Part shown: positions 42,817 through 56,602 of the stretch, one piece after another
Numbering within the stretch: position 1 is the stretch's first letter
Layout of the letters: the number at the start of each line of letters is the position of its first letter
Origin: the human T2T-CHM13v2.0 reference genome, Homo sapiens
NCBI RefSeq assembly: GCF_009914755.1
Contig: NC_060934.1
Strand: one strand, 5' to 3'
DNA: 64,000 nt
Notes under the pieces: model-generated
The model's database searches: none
What the model saw: only the letters and a program-made list of their open reading frames with translations
Told to the model about the DNA's origin: nothing
Made by a program: the position numbers and the translations under genes

Positions 42817-43353
42817 TAATGAAGTTCAGGACATGCTACCCCAAAATATGACACGTGGGCATTTGAAGAAACAGCAGAAGCAGGAAGGTCATTCTCTGAC
42901 CTTCTCCATCCCTTGTCCTCTGAAGTAGACTATGAAAGAATTAACTGGCTTTCCTCTGAAGTGGACCATAAGGTCCTCATTCCAGAAGTACTTTCCACAT
43001 AATGAGAGAAAAGAATGCCCTAATCTCTGAAGACACATGGAACAGAAAGAATAGTCTAAACTAACAGGCCTTGCTAAATGCCACCTTCCCACCAGCTTAT
43101 TACCATTAGGTGACACTTTTGTTGTCTTCTAATAATCCTTCTTCACAACTATCAAATTCTTCATCAAACTTAGCATAAAAATACACAGTTTTCCCTGTTT
43201 TGGGGGTCTTCAGTTCTGAAGGTTCTTGGGTCATGTAAAACTTACACTAAATACATTTGTTATGCTTTTCTCTTGTTAATCGATCTTTTGTCACAGGTGT
43301 CTTAGCCAAGAACCTAGCGATGGGTGAAGAAAAGAAATCTTCACTCCCCTACA
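42817..43353 (+). mobile_element. MER34-type ERV1 solo LTR
   Basis: gttcaggacatgctaccccaaaatatg...atgcttttctcttgttaatc...ctcccctaca; 4-bp TSD aggg (42813-42816 / 43354-43357). Confidence 0.8.
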
Positions 43354-44583
43354 AGGGAAATAAAGGCTGTTCTTTTTAAATATGAAATCATAATTGTTCC
43401 TGTGGTGAATCTGCAGAGTAACCAGCCTTCTGCTGTATTCATTAGAACCTGGCTCTAAGTCATGCAAATCATTAACATTATCCAGAGTGTTTTTAAACAG
43501 GCAAAAAGCTATCAGCCTCTTTTGTCAACAGAAATACCAAATATTATGCTTCATAGGCCAAAGGAAAACAAGAGTTCTTGCAAACATAGACAAGATACTG
43601 TGGGCTTGAGGTATTACTTCCTAGGCATCAAAGAAAGTCCTTTCATTTTCTAGGGAATGTAAAAAGTCCATCCAATTGCTTTCTGACAGTGTCCCCATTT
43701 GAACCGTGATGCCCAGAGAGAAACAAAACAGCCTGTCCCACTATTTAGACTCAATATTCAGTCTGGAACAAACCTCAGAACCTGACACCAGAAAAGACAT
43801 CCAGGGAAATAAAGGAGGTCATTTGTACAGGCTCTGTGAGGCAAGAAAATCTAAAATTCAGAGAAAAACAAACTAGAACTTATGAGAAATCAACAGAAGA
43901 AGTCAAGAAACACCATTACAAGGTACCATAAGTTGCTCTACAGAGGTCAATTTTGGTTTTTATTTTTTCTCTCATTTGGGAGGATGAGTATTCAGCTTAA
44001 ATTAGATCTAAGCGGAAAGAGAAAATCACCATGGAATATATCTGTGCTGTGGGTCTCATTACTGAAAAAGATGCCCTGAAAAGTCTCCTTCAGTTATGCA
44101 AACGGAGGCCTTGTGGAGTCCATTTGCTCGAGAGAAAGCTATAAGAAGAAGTTTGATGTCTAAGTGGCTTGCCCTAAAAGAATATGATGGATAGGAAAAC
44201 AAGTGAAGATTATAACCTTTTGGAAAAGAAGGATCTGACACCCCAGCTGCCATTTCTGAGATTAGAAGTTGAGGAACACTCTCATATAGACAAATATTAT
44301 CTTAACCAAGACAGGGAGCTCAGTAAAACCAGACTGAGAAAGGCCATAGGGCTGTTTCAGGGATGAAATTCAAAATACAAAAAGGTTAAATAAAAAATCT
44401 GGGTCCTCTAGGTAGACACTGTTGAATCTGTGCCAGTTCTCCTTATCTTACTTTATAATCTGTCAGGCGAATGTAAGTTGACAAAGCTGGCTTCTAGCTG
44501 TTGCATCATGAGGGCGTACCATTTTTGGTGCATTGAGTACTTACTCTCCAGGAAGACTGGACTATGACATTCAACTTCCCTTA

Positions 44584-44900
44584 CAATGACTTTCAACTTT
44601 GACTGTATATTAAAATTTTCTGAGGGGACTTTGAAAAAATCCCAGTGCCCAAACTGTCTTAGAATTTGTGCATGTGGGACTCAGTAATCTGTGTTTCTAA
44701 AAGCACCCAAGTGATTTCAATGCAAGAAGAGGTTGAAAACCACCATTTTACAATAGTCCTACTCAGTATTTGAAGTGCTAACTAGCCACCAAAGGGTCTT
44801 GTAAAAATGCAGATTCTGATTCAATAGGTTAAGGGTGAAGCCCAGAATTTTACATTATTAATTGGTTCCCAGATGATACCTAAGTAGCAAAGTCTGAAAG
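44584..44900. mobile_element. Two adjacent MER5-type (hAT-Charlie) remnants
   Basis: caactttgactgtatattaaaat...gtgatttcaatgc...ggttgaaaaccac, then cttgtaaaaatgcagattctgattcaatagg. Confidence 0.6.
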
Positions 44901-45049
44901 AATCTGTTGTGAACTTCACCTCTTCAGCACCTGTGAGAGGAGCTGGTTCAGTGGACTTAGACTCTGATGCTATGTTTCCATACCAGCCTTCAGGTGACGA
45001 CACTTATAATTGACTTACGAAGAGATTTCAAAACTTGACTATCAACCTA

Positions 45050-45407
45050 CTGTGGTATAGTAAGTTTTCGTTTGCCACCACATAGTGAATCCCTTACTGA
45101 TGTCTTGCGGTTGCTTGAGGACCATGCTCCCTCTGTTCAATGGGCAGCCAGTTCTCTCATGGGCCCTGCACCTGGCACGTCTCCTGGTTTACCATCACAT
45201 CCTTTGCTTCACCAGCTGCCTCTGTAGGTAGAAATTGCATGTCCTTTGATGCATGTTTCATTGTCCCACCAGGCTTCACTTAAAAACAAGACAGAAGTCT
45301 CAATAATTTTAAAATGACGATGGCAGATCATTATACCAAATACAGGTCCCTTCTCAGTATACGACCATGTGAGATTGCATAGGTCACACACCCAGGAAGC
45401 TGACCCT
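45050..45407 (-). mobile_element. MER45-family (hAT-Tip100) remnant
   Basis: Reverse complement begins agggtcagcttcctgggtgtgtgacctatgcaatctcaca...gtgaagcctggtgggacaatg; left boundary uncertain. Confidence 0.55.
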
Positions 45408-45899
45408 ATTCTTCAGTCTTCAGTGGCAATGTTTCTAACCTGACCTTCGACTTTTTCCTAGTTTTATTTTAAAACTAGCTTAAGAATCTTTCCTCCTACA
45501 TTTTGCTGGACTGACACACAGAAAGGCCTAATTCTGATAAACTATTTCTACTAATTATACTACTAATTCTGAGATCTACATTTTTTGCACTACTGAGACG
45601 AGGAAGTTAGTCCTTATCATTCATACAAAAAAAAAAAGGTAAGCAAACCTAATTAATTGCACCTGGAAAAGGCAGGTTATTGCATATTCCATATTGCATC
45701 TGCTGACTCTTGCTGTTTTCCATTTTGAACTTCTTCCTCTTCCTCTGACCCTAGCAAGTTTCTGCCCTCTGACAGGAATTGAGTTTACAGATCTTATTTG
45801 ACAACACATATGTCAAAGAACGATGTATTGCCCAAATGGCCTGTAACTATGTTCCTCTCAGGAGGGAAGTAATATTGGGAAAATACATTCATATTTCAC

Positions 45900-48800
45900 T
45901 TGAAAATAAATGAAAGCTTAGGTTATGAACTTAAGCAGGAAGCAAGACATCAAAGAGAAAGTTTGTAACTGGTAACAGGTGACAAAAGATAGGAGAGACT
46001 TAGTATATATGTGTGTGGCTTTGTTAGCTAAGATGAAGAATTTGGATTATTTTTAAAATATGCAAGAAAGCCACTGTGAAGACTACAGTAACATAACTTG
46101 TCTTAAATGTTTTTTTTTTTAATTGCTCTGACTGTTTTCAAGAAGAGTGAGTGGAAAGAGACTGTCAAGAAGAGAACCAGAGAGAACATTTAAGGCAAAA
46201 ATATCAATATTCAGATAAAAGATGGTGGCTTAACTGAAATTGACAACAGAGGAAACAGGGACAAGAGATTCCACTCCAGTTGTGGAGGTGAATTAAACAA
46301 AATTTAAATGAATAAAATATGAACTAAGGAAAAAAACTGGATTTCTTGTGTATATTTATGGGTGGATGATGAGCTATTTTCTGACATCAGGAAGAGGGAA
46401 GAAAGATGAGACCTGGTGTGAAGGAAGACAGAAGGAAGAATATGATTTATTTGATAAGTAAATAAACCTATTGCATTACCACATGGTAATACCATGTAGG
46501 CAGTTGTATATTTCAGTTTGGAATTCCAGGAGATGAGAAGACCAGGAAGAGTCCCAATTCCTTGGGACTAGACGTAGTGATCTAGAGGGAGTATATGAAT
46601 AAAAAAAATAGAAGCCCCAGGACTGAGATCTGGATCATTCCAATTTTGGAGAATAAATAGAAGAGATCCCGGAAATGTAATTAAGAAAGAGTGAACATTG
46701 ACATATGAGGAAATTCAAAGATGTGGCATCACAACTACCAAGAGAAAGATGTGTTTTTAGGGAAACAGGGAAACATGATGAGATTAAATATATAAATAAA
46801 TAAAATAATAATCTCATGTCCCTTGATGCATGATCTCACCTCAAGTATCTGCTCCCTCATTCTTGTGCAGTGCTCTTTGGTCTCCCCAGTTGTGACTGAA
46901 GTGGGCTCAGATACAGCTTGGGATATACTTGCCAGAAAGCAGAATTAGTAAATCTTCATGGCGTTTGCATACTGCCAACTCTGTAGGTGCATAGAGTACA
47001 AAAGCTGTGGAGGCATGGCTTTTTCCATCTACTTTGCAAATAGTGTCTCATGGAGCCTCAAGTGTGAGGCAAAGAACCATCACAGTGGTGGGGCTGCCCT
47101 TTCCAATGTTTAATAGAGCTGTGGATGCAGTGCTGCCCTTGAGAACCCAAAACTGTAGAACTACAAGACTGCAACAGCAGCCTGGGAGAGCTGCAGGCAC
47201 TCAACTCCAACCCATGAGAGCTGCTGTGTAGGCTGCACCGAACTCATGGGGATGCGGTGCTTTAGAGCCTTAGGGTTGGAAACCCTTCTCCAGTTGTTCA
47301 GAGGCAGGAGTACATGGAGTCAAAGTTTATTTTCAAACCTTAAGATTTAATGTTGTTTACCTTGTTGGGTTTTAGACTTGGGATCTCTTACCCTTTGTTT
47401 TTCTGAATTTCTCTCCTTTGAAATGGGAATGTCTATCCCATAATATTTTAGAAGTGTATTACTTGTTTGGTTTCACAGGCTCAGAGCTGGGGGGGGCAAT
47501 TTGCCTTAGGATGACTTTTGCCTTGAGTTCCACCGATATCTGCTTTAGAAGAAACTGTAGATTTAGACTTTGAAGTTGATGCCAGAATGAGTTAAGACTT
47601 TTAGGGCTATTGGGATGGAATGAATGTATTTTGTATATAAGAAGGATATTAATTTTGAGGGCCCATGGGAAGACCATCATGGTTTGAATATATGTGTCTC
47701 TCTAAAATTTATAAGTTGGAATTTAAACCCCAATGTGATAGTATTAAGAGGTGGGGACTTCAGGAAACAATTCATTCATAAGGGTGGAGCACTCATGAGT
47801 GGGATTATTGCCTTATAAAAGGACTGGAGAAAGCCAACTAGATCCTTCTGCCCTTTTACCCTTCTGTCCTTTTGTCCTTCTGTCTTTCTGTTCCTTCTGC
47901 CATATAAGGACACAACTTTCATCCCCTCCAGAGGACCCAGCAACAAGGCATCACCCTGGAAGCAGAGAGCCAGCCTTCAGCAGACAGTAAATCTTCCAGT
48001 GCTTTGATCTCAAACTTCCCAGGCTCAGAGCTGTGAGAAATAAATGGCTGCTGTCTATGAATTGCCCAGTCCAAGGTATTTTGTTATAGCAGCAGAAACA
48101 GACTAAGAGAGATTCTCATGACTTTCATTTTCTCAGTGAAGTGTAAGGCAAGGTCATCACTGGAGGAATAGGAAAAAGAAGGAGTTATGAAAAATTAAGG
48201 GAAAGGATAATCTTTCCCTTCTTAATTTGTCATTTTAGAGAATGTTAAAGCATATTACAAGGATGTATTAAGTATTAGACTCTGTTTAGTGTCCATTTTT
48301 TATTTATGTCATTAATTTTAAGTGAGACTGGCCAATATGGTCATGGGATTTTCTTTCCAAATCTGTTCTGCTAAAACACTCAGGTATTTGGTTTAACTAG
48401 GTAAAAGACTTTCCAGAAGTATGTTGTGAAAGATAAGTGTAAGGAAGTTTAGACATTTTCAAAGCAGAAGTTAGTTATAACTACGGGCTAGAAACTTTAA
48501 GTTGTGTAAGGATAGGAGAGAAGTGTGGGCAAGATGGGGATTTTTGACAGTAATAAAATAATTGAGTAAATGAGTTTGAGTTATCTGTGTGGTCAAAGAC
48601 TTGCTAAGTTTAAATATATATAAAAGCATAGAATTGAGAGTTTGAAGGGCACAATATAAGATTAGGCATGTAAGATAGAAATGAGAAAAAAATGGCTATT
48701 TGAGTGATAAGATCAGTTTATGGATTTATCATCGACTGGAATGCTGAAATCACAAAAGTCAATGATAGAAAACATAGTTGGAAATAAAAGAGAGATGTTG

Positions 48801-48900
48801 TGTGTTAAAATTATCCATGAACAAGTGAAACCTCAGAAGCTTGGCCAGTGGTAACAATAAAAATATTGGTAGCTGAACAAATCTTATAAAATGTAAATCT
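45900..48900 (-). mobile_element. L2 remnant split by a MaLR element (pieces ~45900-46800 and ~48111-48900)
   Basis: Purine-rich degenerate antisense L2 pattern (gaatttggattattt...gccactg, agatggtggcttaact, gtaggcagttgtatat). Confidence 0.55.
46819..48110 (+). mobile_element. MaLR (MSTD/MLT1A1-like) 3' internal region plus 3' LTR; 5' LTR absent
   Basis: MaLR-internal motifs (gcaggcactcaactccaacccatgagagc, gaatgagttaagacttt) to ~47673, then LTR from ~47674 ending ggtattttgttatagcagcagaaacagactaagaga. Confidence 0.85.
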
Positions 48901-48949
48901 AAACTAAGCTTTTGGGACAAAAATAGGTGACAAATACAAATATGTATGC

Positions 48950-49370
48950 CATTAAAGATGCAGATACATTAACAGAGTAACTCAAATTCCAGAAAATTAC
49001 CCTAAAGCAATACACAGAAAGGAACATAAAGATTTATGTATATTCATGCTCAATGCAACATTACTTAAGGTAAAAATTTAGAAACTTAAATGTTCATCAA
49101 AAGTGAAATAAAATAATTTATTCCATTGAAAATCACATTTCCTAGATTATTCAATACAGAGAGAAAATGCTTATGGCATGGAACATGGAAAAAGGTAGGA
49201 TATCTATCTCTATAAACAAATAAGTTTCAATTTTATAAGATATATTTAATTTTAAAGATAAATATGAAACCATCCTACATTTGGTTAGTAAAATTAATTT
49301 TCCTGTCTTATATTCTGTTATCTAAATTATGAAAAAACATGAATATTATAGTAATTTTTAAAATAAAGTT
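48950..49370 (+). mobile_element. Possible L1ME-type remnant
   Basis: Weak L1 ORF2-end/3'UTR resemblance (ccagaaaattaccctaaag, gaaacttaaatgttcatcaa). Confidence 0.35.
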
Positions 49371-49649
49371 TTAAAATTATGGAGTACAAACTAATAAAAT
49401 AATAATTTACTTACATTCATTTCTCTCAACATTTCATTTTTTAAAGATACTATCCACTTTTCTGGATTTAAATTTAAGAATCAGCCTTCTCTAATATAAA
49501 AACAAAATTTTTTTAATGATACAGTGATAAAAATAGTTTTAATTAAAATTCAAATCTGATTTTATGAAAAGGGTTTCATCACCATCTGAGCACAGTGTTG
49601 TAAATATATTTGACCACATTTTCTATTATGTAATGATAAGAAGGGACAC

Positions 49650-50139
49650 TACTCATGGATGATTTTTAACCCTTCTGCCTTAGAAACTGAGGCAAAGCTG
49701 AATAGTAAACATTTTATTTTGAAGAGTGGGATTCTGAGAGAATGATTGTGAGATGGGAAGCTAAGCAGACATGAAGGAGAGCCAGTCAAAGGTGCATTAT
49801 TTAATTGGTCAACAATAGGAATGACTTATATAACTCAAATCCCATAGAAACACATATGGAACTATATGAAGTGTGTCTCAGAACTTCCTCTCTGGGAAAA
49901 TTGAGGAGGAATGGTTACCCATGGGCTCCTGCTCTCCATTTGTCAGTTTCATCCACGATATTATTTACATTTCTGAACCTCCAGGCTTGTACCTAGATAA
50001 GACATCCCCAAACATGGATTTCCCTTTGGCATCAACAGAGAAGCCCTGAGGCAAGAAGAAAGAGACATGGGGCCTGAAGCAGGCTGGAGTCTGCAGAACT
50101 GGTAACCATAGCAGTGTCTGGGGTGAGACTGATGTAACA
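49650..50139 (-). mobile_element. ERVL-class LTR (LTR33-like)
   Basis: ctgaggcaaag...ttttattttgaagagtg...ctcagaac...gagaagccctgaggca; ends ...gtaaca. Confidence 0.55.
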
Positions 50140-50949
50140 CGTATACACATATACTTCCTAGGTAAATTGGGCTGCAATGAGCTTTTCTTTAACCCCTGAA
50201 GACACTAATACAAATCATACCTGGGGACTAGTATCAGCTATCATTTCCAAAAATAATTCCAAATATGCCAATCATAGACAACCATTTAGAAACACACATT
50301 TTATTAAAAGGCTATATATATTTAAATAGATGCTTTATATTCTGTCATTTTCTTCCAAGAGCAGTTTTAATAAAGGCACAGAATTACATAGTGTATCTCC
50401 TGGTCATAGATTACTAGATATTCTAGAGCTCTCTGAGGTAGGGTTGATATGTCAGCTATTTGCTGGTTATATATGGATAAAATTCTAATGATCCATAAAG
50501 TAAACAGCCATTCAAGATGATTTCGAATGATGTAAACATGCACACACACACTTCTTGTATTAGAGCTTTTTAAAAACTTTAATAGAATAATTTAATAGAA
50601 TAGAGCTAAACCCACAGCATATATTGACAGCTATAAATGGAAATTTTGACACTGATCATTTCTTCTTTCAACTTTGATCCTCTCCCTATTTTGCCTGAAA
50701 TTTTAAACTATAGACACAGGTTCTTTTCACAAGACCATTACTTTATTCTCTGTCAGTGTTTCTCTATCACATTTAAGGTGAAAATGTATTAAATATAACT
50801 AAATGGCTGGACCTTGAATAATACTAGAATTTCTAGGCAATATATTGATAAAAATATTCTGTATATTTTACCTGCCTTGAAATGCCTAATGCCTAACCCA
50901 ATAAATTGTTGATCAAATTTTATGTACCCTTGGATAGAAAATATTTCAA

Positions 50950-51075
50950 TGGCACCAACTGACAGGTGTAAAAACTAAGATCTAGAGAGGTTGTGTCATC
51001 AAAGATCATATGACACAATAGAGGTAGAGTTCCAAAAATAAGTCAGATATCCTCATTACAAATTCTTTCCATCAG
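50950..51075 (-). mobile_element. MIR remnant
   Basis: acaggtgtaaaaactaagatctagagaggttgtgtcatcaaagatcata. Confidence 0.4.
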
Positions 51076-51288
51076 GACTCTAGGACTTTAGGTGACACAA
51101 AAGCCATTTAAAATGCTCTCTATAAAAAAAGACCTATTGGCTCTTAACAACTTAAAGGCCCTAAAAGTGATACTGATGGGACTAAATTTAGGCATATCTA
51201 GAACCAGCCATTAAATATTATCAGTCAATTTCTCAGCAGAAAACACACGAAACAATCAAAATTAGGATACTTTTTGAATTTTTTTTTA

Positions 51289-51290
<2 letters not shown>

Positions 51291-51333
<43 letters not shown>
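51291..51333. repeat. Perfect (TG)21 microsatellite
   Basis: Direct reading. Confidence 0.98.
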
Positions 51334-51335
<2 letters not shown>

Positions 51336-51349
51336 GTTTAACAAAAATC

Positions 51350-52250
51350 TGTGTTAGGCAAGGCATGGAGAAATCCCAAGAATTTATTCAGTGGTACCCA
51401 AGTACCATTACTGCATCTGAAGTTATTGAAAGTAGTAGTTACAGAATCACAAAACAGATAGGAATGTGTAAAGGGTTTAGGCATTAACTTTAGGGACACA
51501 CTCCATCCCAGGGTGACGTCTCCTTCTCTGGAGAGGCATTCAATTAAAAATACCTAACCTGATTTACCTCCCTTCTCTAATGACCTGTAAAGTCTTCTCA
51601 TTTTACAAGTGGAAGTCAGAGGGTAAGGGATCCCATTGGTATAACCCATAAAGGTCAGCCTCCTAAGGGAGGTGAAGAAGATTACAGAATGTATCCGGAG
51701 AAACAAACAGAAGATATCTAGTGTTGACCAGTAGTAGTCTTGTCTATTGGATGAAAAATCTATATCCATTACGAGAGAAAAAAAGCAAAATCTCATCAGC
51801 TACCAGGTCTTCATGGTACCAATGTCACCATATCCTAGTCCTATCCCTGAAAACTAAAACAGCATCAGTTTTTTTGTTTTGTTTGTATTTTCCATATAGA
51901 GTAGCAAGAGGCAAGGGGTTGAATAGCAGTCCCCATATTAATGAAGCATAGCTGCTATAATCCTTGCTTTCTGCAGCAGGTTGGCATAGCTTGGTAGGCA
52001 TAGCTTCTTTCTTTCGCCATCCATTTCATGATCTTATCCTGGGTCAGAATATTGGCTAAACGGTGTTCTTTACCCTAATCAGCTGACCCAAGTCTCAATG
52101 CATATGATTTGTGTGGGGTTCTGTCTTCATTAAGTTGCAATGTATTTCCATTGACCAAGATTTTTGAGTAAGGGGATACTCACAGGTCCCCCTGGGATCT
52201 AAATATAGTCATCATTTCCCCCATATGGCAAAACTCAGCCTTTTCCTCTC
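51350..52250 (-). mobile_element. Ancient ERVL remnant: LTR (~51350-51724) plus adjacent 3' internal fragment
   Basis: gaagtcagagggtaagggatcccattg...aggtcagcctcc...aaacagaagatatctag resembles LTR33-group 5' ends in antisense; 51790-52250 resembles the ERVL internal 3' end. Confidence 0.45.
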
Positions 52251-54962
52251 CCTTTCCTGCTGCAACTCTGGACTGACCTTCATGCTGGTTCCATGTATCT
52301 TGACTTCCTCTTATTCCTGCTCTGCTTCTTCTCTCACACCATTGCTCTTCCCTTTTGTTATCCCACCCTTTCCTAAGCACATCTTTCTCACTGGACAATA
52401 CTCCCTCATAAGTTTTATAAAGTAGGTGGGGATGATGAATAACCCATAGTCGGAATATTTATAAACCTTGTCCAAAATCTGATTCTTCATAACTATCCCT
52501 GTGAACTTTCCTTTAAGATTTATTGGCAATGAATCCAACTGTCTAAACAATCCATCTCTGATTTCTGAGATTGCTTAACTAGCACATTCCAAATATACTT
52601 TGGTCTCAATAGGGGTGAAAATACCACAGCTGTGCAATCTTCTTTTTTGGTGAATGGTCTTAAATGTGACTTGACAGGTTTAGTTAGAAAATAGAAGATA
52701 GGATTGCAGACAGTTGACTCTGAATTACAAGACCTTGCTGAGAAAATAGAAGATACTTTGACTCAAAAAAACAAAAAAAAGAAAAATTGTAGACCAAATT
52801 AATAACTTCTTAGATTGAACAAATAGATAAACTCAAAACAAAGGATAATATTTCTAGACATAGATATCAGTTGATATTTGATATAAAAGGAATACTAGGA
52901 GAAAATTATCCTGTCTCAGAAAGATATAATCTAAAACACAAAGGACAAACTTTGTACAACATGACATCCCTCTAAGTATATCTATCCAGTGTAGTTTTCC
53001 TACAATTGCCTTAAATACAAAAAGGAGACATTTTTCTGGATTTGCAAAAAAAAAATGTTTTATTTCTAGTTGATAAAAAGGCCATACTCTCTACCAGAAA
53101 CCCTAATATTGTTCCACATTCCTCTTTCCTTCAGGTGCCCCCCCACCCAACACACAAAAGCTAGTAGAACATACTTCAAATATCACTCTGACAATGCTTT
53201 TGTCTTAGCTACTTTCTGACTCTGCAACTAACTGACAATCTCACTACTCATGTGCTTTTCTGCTCGATTATCCTATTCCAGTGAATCAATTGACACGAGA
53301 TCTACTTTGTAACTTGGATGCCACCATTAAATATGCCAGAACTTCCCCTTTCTGGAATTGCAGAAGAGAATCTCTGGCCAATTATTTAATCATGGCTCAG
53401 ATTAACCACTACTTGATGCTTTATCATTTTATACCTTAAATATTTTTCCTATTGCCTCCAAGCCAAATATGTTTCAGATGTGGAACACTTACTGGAGGCT
53501 GAACCAACTGGTTTCTTTATGCCCTTATTGTAGTCATTCAAAAGCCAAAGGAAAGAGAGGCTCTTAAAGACTTTGGACTATCATATCCACATATCTATAG
53601 AATGGACTCATAATCTTCGACTGACCAAGTAATACCCCTGCTCTACCCATCAAATAGACAAATTTTTGCTGTTATTATTTTGTACATAATGTAGGACCCA
53701 TTGAAAAGACTATTCTTTCTCATTTCTCTGCAGTCCTTTACCCTAATATAATCCTATGTTCGATCCCAAAGATAGCTGCTGAATTTACAGTGTAGATATG
53801 TATGCTCTGGATTCTCTTGCATGCAGATTAAATTATCTATTTGTAATCAATTGAGAAAATCAATTAGACAGTTATGATTATCAGATTTTGCAGCAATATT
53901 TCTTGCAATCATTTACGTATAACCTTGGAGACATTCCATTTTTTAGGACCCTAATCTTACATATGTGGCTGTTGTTTCATTATACTTTCCACACTGAGAA
54001 TCTGTGGACATGCTTCTATTTGCTTACAGTAATAAGAAACAAAAAAGGCAAAATCTTTAAAGATAAACTTCACTTTTGTCAGTCCCAAGTGGTTTTCAAG
54101 ATTGTGAAATCTATAAAAAGCAAAGTCTCTTTCTCCTCAGACTGGAGTATATTCAAGACTTTCCCCAGGCAATAATCTAAAGACAGCTTAGATTTAGAGA
54201 GTGTAGATACTGGATTCCTAACTGCTTCCAACTGGAAGCCACTTTTTATGATCTAACGCTGTCATACCTTGCCCTTGAAAGATGCACTAAGATTTTCTTT
54301 TGAAGCTCAAAGCTATTCCTCTCAACCCTCACTCCCACCTTATATACTCAGACTTCCTTACTACCATCCTTTTTTTTCTATTTGCATATTAAAGATTGGG
54401 AAAATGAGAATATGAGGATTCTAACTCAACAGTACAATGGCCATTACAGACTCAATGCTTATGGGTCTTACTCTCTTACTTGATCTATAATAAAAGCCTG
54501 TTTGTTTTCTAGTAGTGAAAATAGCCATAATTAACAGCAGAGTTAACTGAGACCTATATGTACTTAATTCTTAGGCTCCCTACTTAACCTCATGCTCTCT
54601 CATGTAGCTTAGACTTTAATTTAGAATAAAATCATCTACCATTTTTATGTATCTAAAATGATCCCCTAGGAAGCACTTCTCTTTTTGCTCACACATATTT
54701 CTATCAATTGTTACCGCACCTTAACCTGTTATTTTTCTTCCTTTGGTAAAGGAGGGCAAATCTCCTGACTGTCATACACTTATTCAGAAATTTTCCTTGC
54801 CTCACTCTGCCCTCCCTTAAACTCTGTGTTCTCCATCCAATATTAAATGCTATGGGTAGCCATTCACTTGACAAACAATTTAGATTCAATTATAATACAA
54901 AGGTAAAATTGATGAGAGCTGTGAAGGCAGTCATCAATAGAGATCTGAGACTTCAACCAACA

Positions 54963-55423
54963 CTTTCAAGAATTTTGAAGTATTTGAGGCTTAACGCTAC
55001 TTGCAAGCATCAAGTTAGCCTGCCAGAGTTTCATGGATAATTGCAGTAAATACAGAACTCCTGGGTCAGGAAGAAAGGACAGAAAGGATTATCCACATCA
55101 GTAGCCATGATCTATACATCAATATATTTGTGTTAGTTCCCGTTGCCTGATGTCCCATGGGATTAAGACAGATAGAATCAGATGGTTGCTTGCACAATTA
55201 ATAGTTCCTTTATAGGATAGGATCTCTGAATTTAGGGAATCTTAATCTTTTGTCAGTGGACAGTAAGCATTCTTGCTCTCTGCTACAGAAGAAGACACTC
55301 CTTCTTCCAGTATTTGCTATACAAACGTCATTGAAAAGAGTGTCTAGAATAAATGTATTAAATGTCCCACTTGTAAGATTTGCAGAGAAGCAAGAGAAAC
55401 TCATGAGCAATTGTCTCCTAACA
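54963..55423 (-). mobile_element. MER89/MER90-type ERV1 solo LTR
   Basis: ctacttgcaagc...aagttagcctgcca...tttcatgga...actcctgggtcag; right end aattgtctcctaaca; possible TSD aaca. Confidence 0.7.
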
Positions 55424-55854
55424 AACACGAGAGGTGTATGTTTAGAGATTTAAACTAAAATTAGGTCACAAAAGAGTCTTTCCCAATGCCAGAGAAGAAC
55501 TGTGAAAGGCAGTAAAGGGCTGAGAACTTTCTATGGCAATTTCTGTAGGTCCTTGTCATTGAAGTTCTTCCTCTCAAACTCTTGTGTATGACTTTAAAAC
55601 CTAAGTTTCCTCTCATCTCTCTTAATAAAATGCAAATTAACAAAGCTTCTAAATCTACATAGTCAATTCTTCTCTCTTATGACAATAGTTCTTACCCAAC
55701 TTTTTGCAAAATGAACTGAACTTTGGGTATCTTTTCCTGCTAAAACCCCAGATAATTAACCTCCTTTCCAAAGTTAGGATAGTCTTTCTGTACCTGTCAG
55801 TTTTAAAGAAAGACTTATGCTAATGGTACTCTGGTTGATTTTATTAAACACTAA

Positions 55855-56590
55855 TTTTATTTATTTACTTGATAAATACTTATTCGTTGATTTACCAGAT
55901 ATTTATTTGCCCAACTTGGTTCCAGGCATTGAAAATACAAAAATGGATAAAACATCAAATTTTTTATTCCTAAAGTTTATTTATATATCAGTTGAGGAGA
56001 TAGATAATATTCAAACAAATGTGCAATGCTATATAATATACAATAAATGTGAGGTACATTCCTGGCTATATATTGAAATTACCTGGTTAATTTAGAAAAT
56101 TCCACCTGTTCAGTCACTTTGGTAAATATATTGATTCAGCATTTTAAGGGTTGGCTCTAAAACAATTTGCCATCTTTTTCAGCTGCTCAGGAGATTCTCA
56201 TACAGATGAAGGTTGAGAACAATAGAAATAAGTGGTATGAAGGCAAGCCAAGCAGTATAGTGGAAGTAAATATTGATTGGAGTGGATGTAGATGAGGGAA
56301 GGAGTGTTGCCCTAGGGAAGGTAAACATTAATTGGAGTGGATGTAGATAGAAGGAGTGTTGCTTTAGGTAAGTGGTCAAGGGAAGTCTGAAATTTGAGGA
56401 GACTCTGAAAGGATGTGAAGGAGCTAGTCATGCTTGAATCTGGGGAGGAAGAGTCAAGGCCTAAAGAATAGCTAATACAAAAGCTGCAACACAAAGTTTG
56501 CTAGGAATATTTGAGAAAGGAAAAGGAGGTTACAAAAGAACATGTGGCTGGATCTGAATGAGACTGGTAGAAAATAAGAAAGTAAGTCAG
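55855..56590 (-). mobile_element. L2 3' end remnant
   Basis: gttccaggcattgaaaatacaaaaatggataaaac...; gaaaggatgtgaaggagctagtcatgc...tggggaggaagag. Confidence 0.55.
56262..56367. repeat. Two-copy ~53-bp tandem duplication
   Basis: ggaagtaaatattgattggagtggatgtagatgagggaaggagtgttgccctag / ggaaggtaaacattaattggagtggatgtagatagaaggagtgttgctttag. Confidence 0.92.
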
Positions 56591-56602
56591 GTGAAATACT
56601 AT

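Noticed and set aside
44031-44366. 37-aa ORF with a strong Kozak context (ACCATGG) followed in frame by a hydrophilic 60-aa ORF
   Set aside because: Three stops separate them, I recognise no homology, and there is no promoter, poly-A tail or TSD suggesting a retrocopy; compatible with chance. A tBLASTn/PhyloCSF hit would reopen it.
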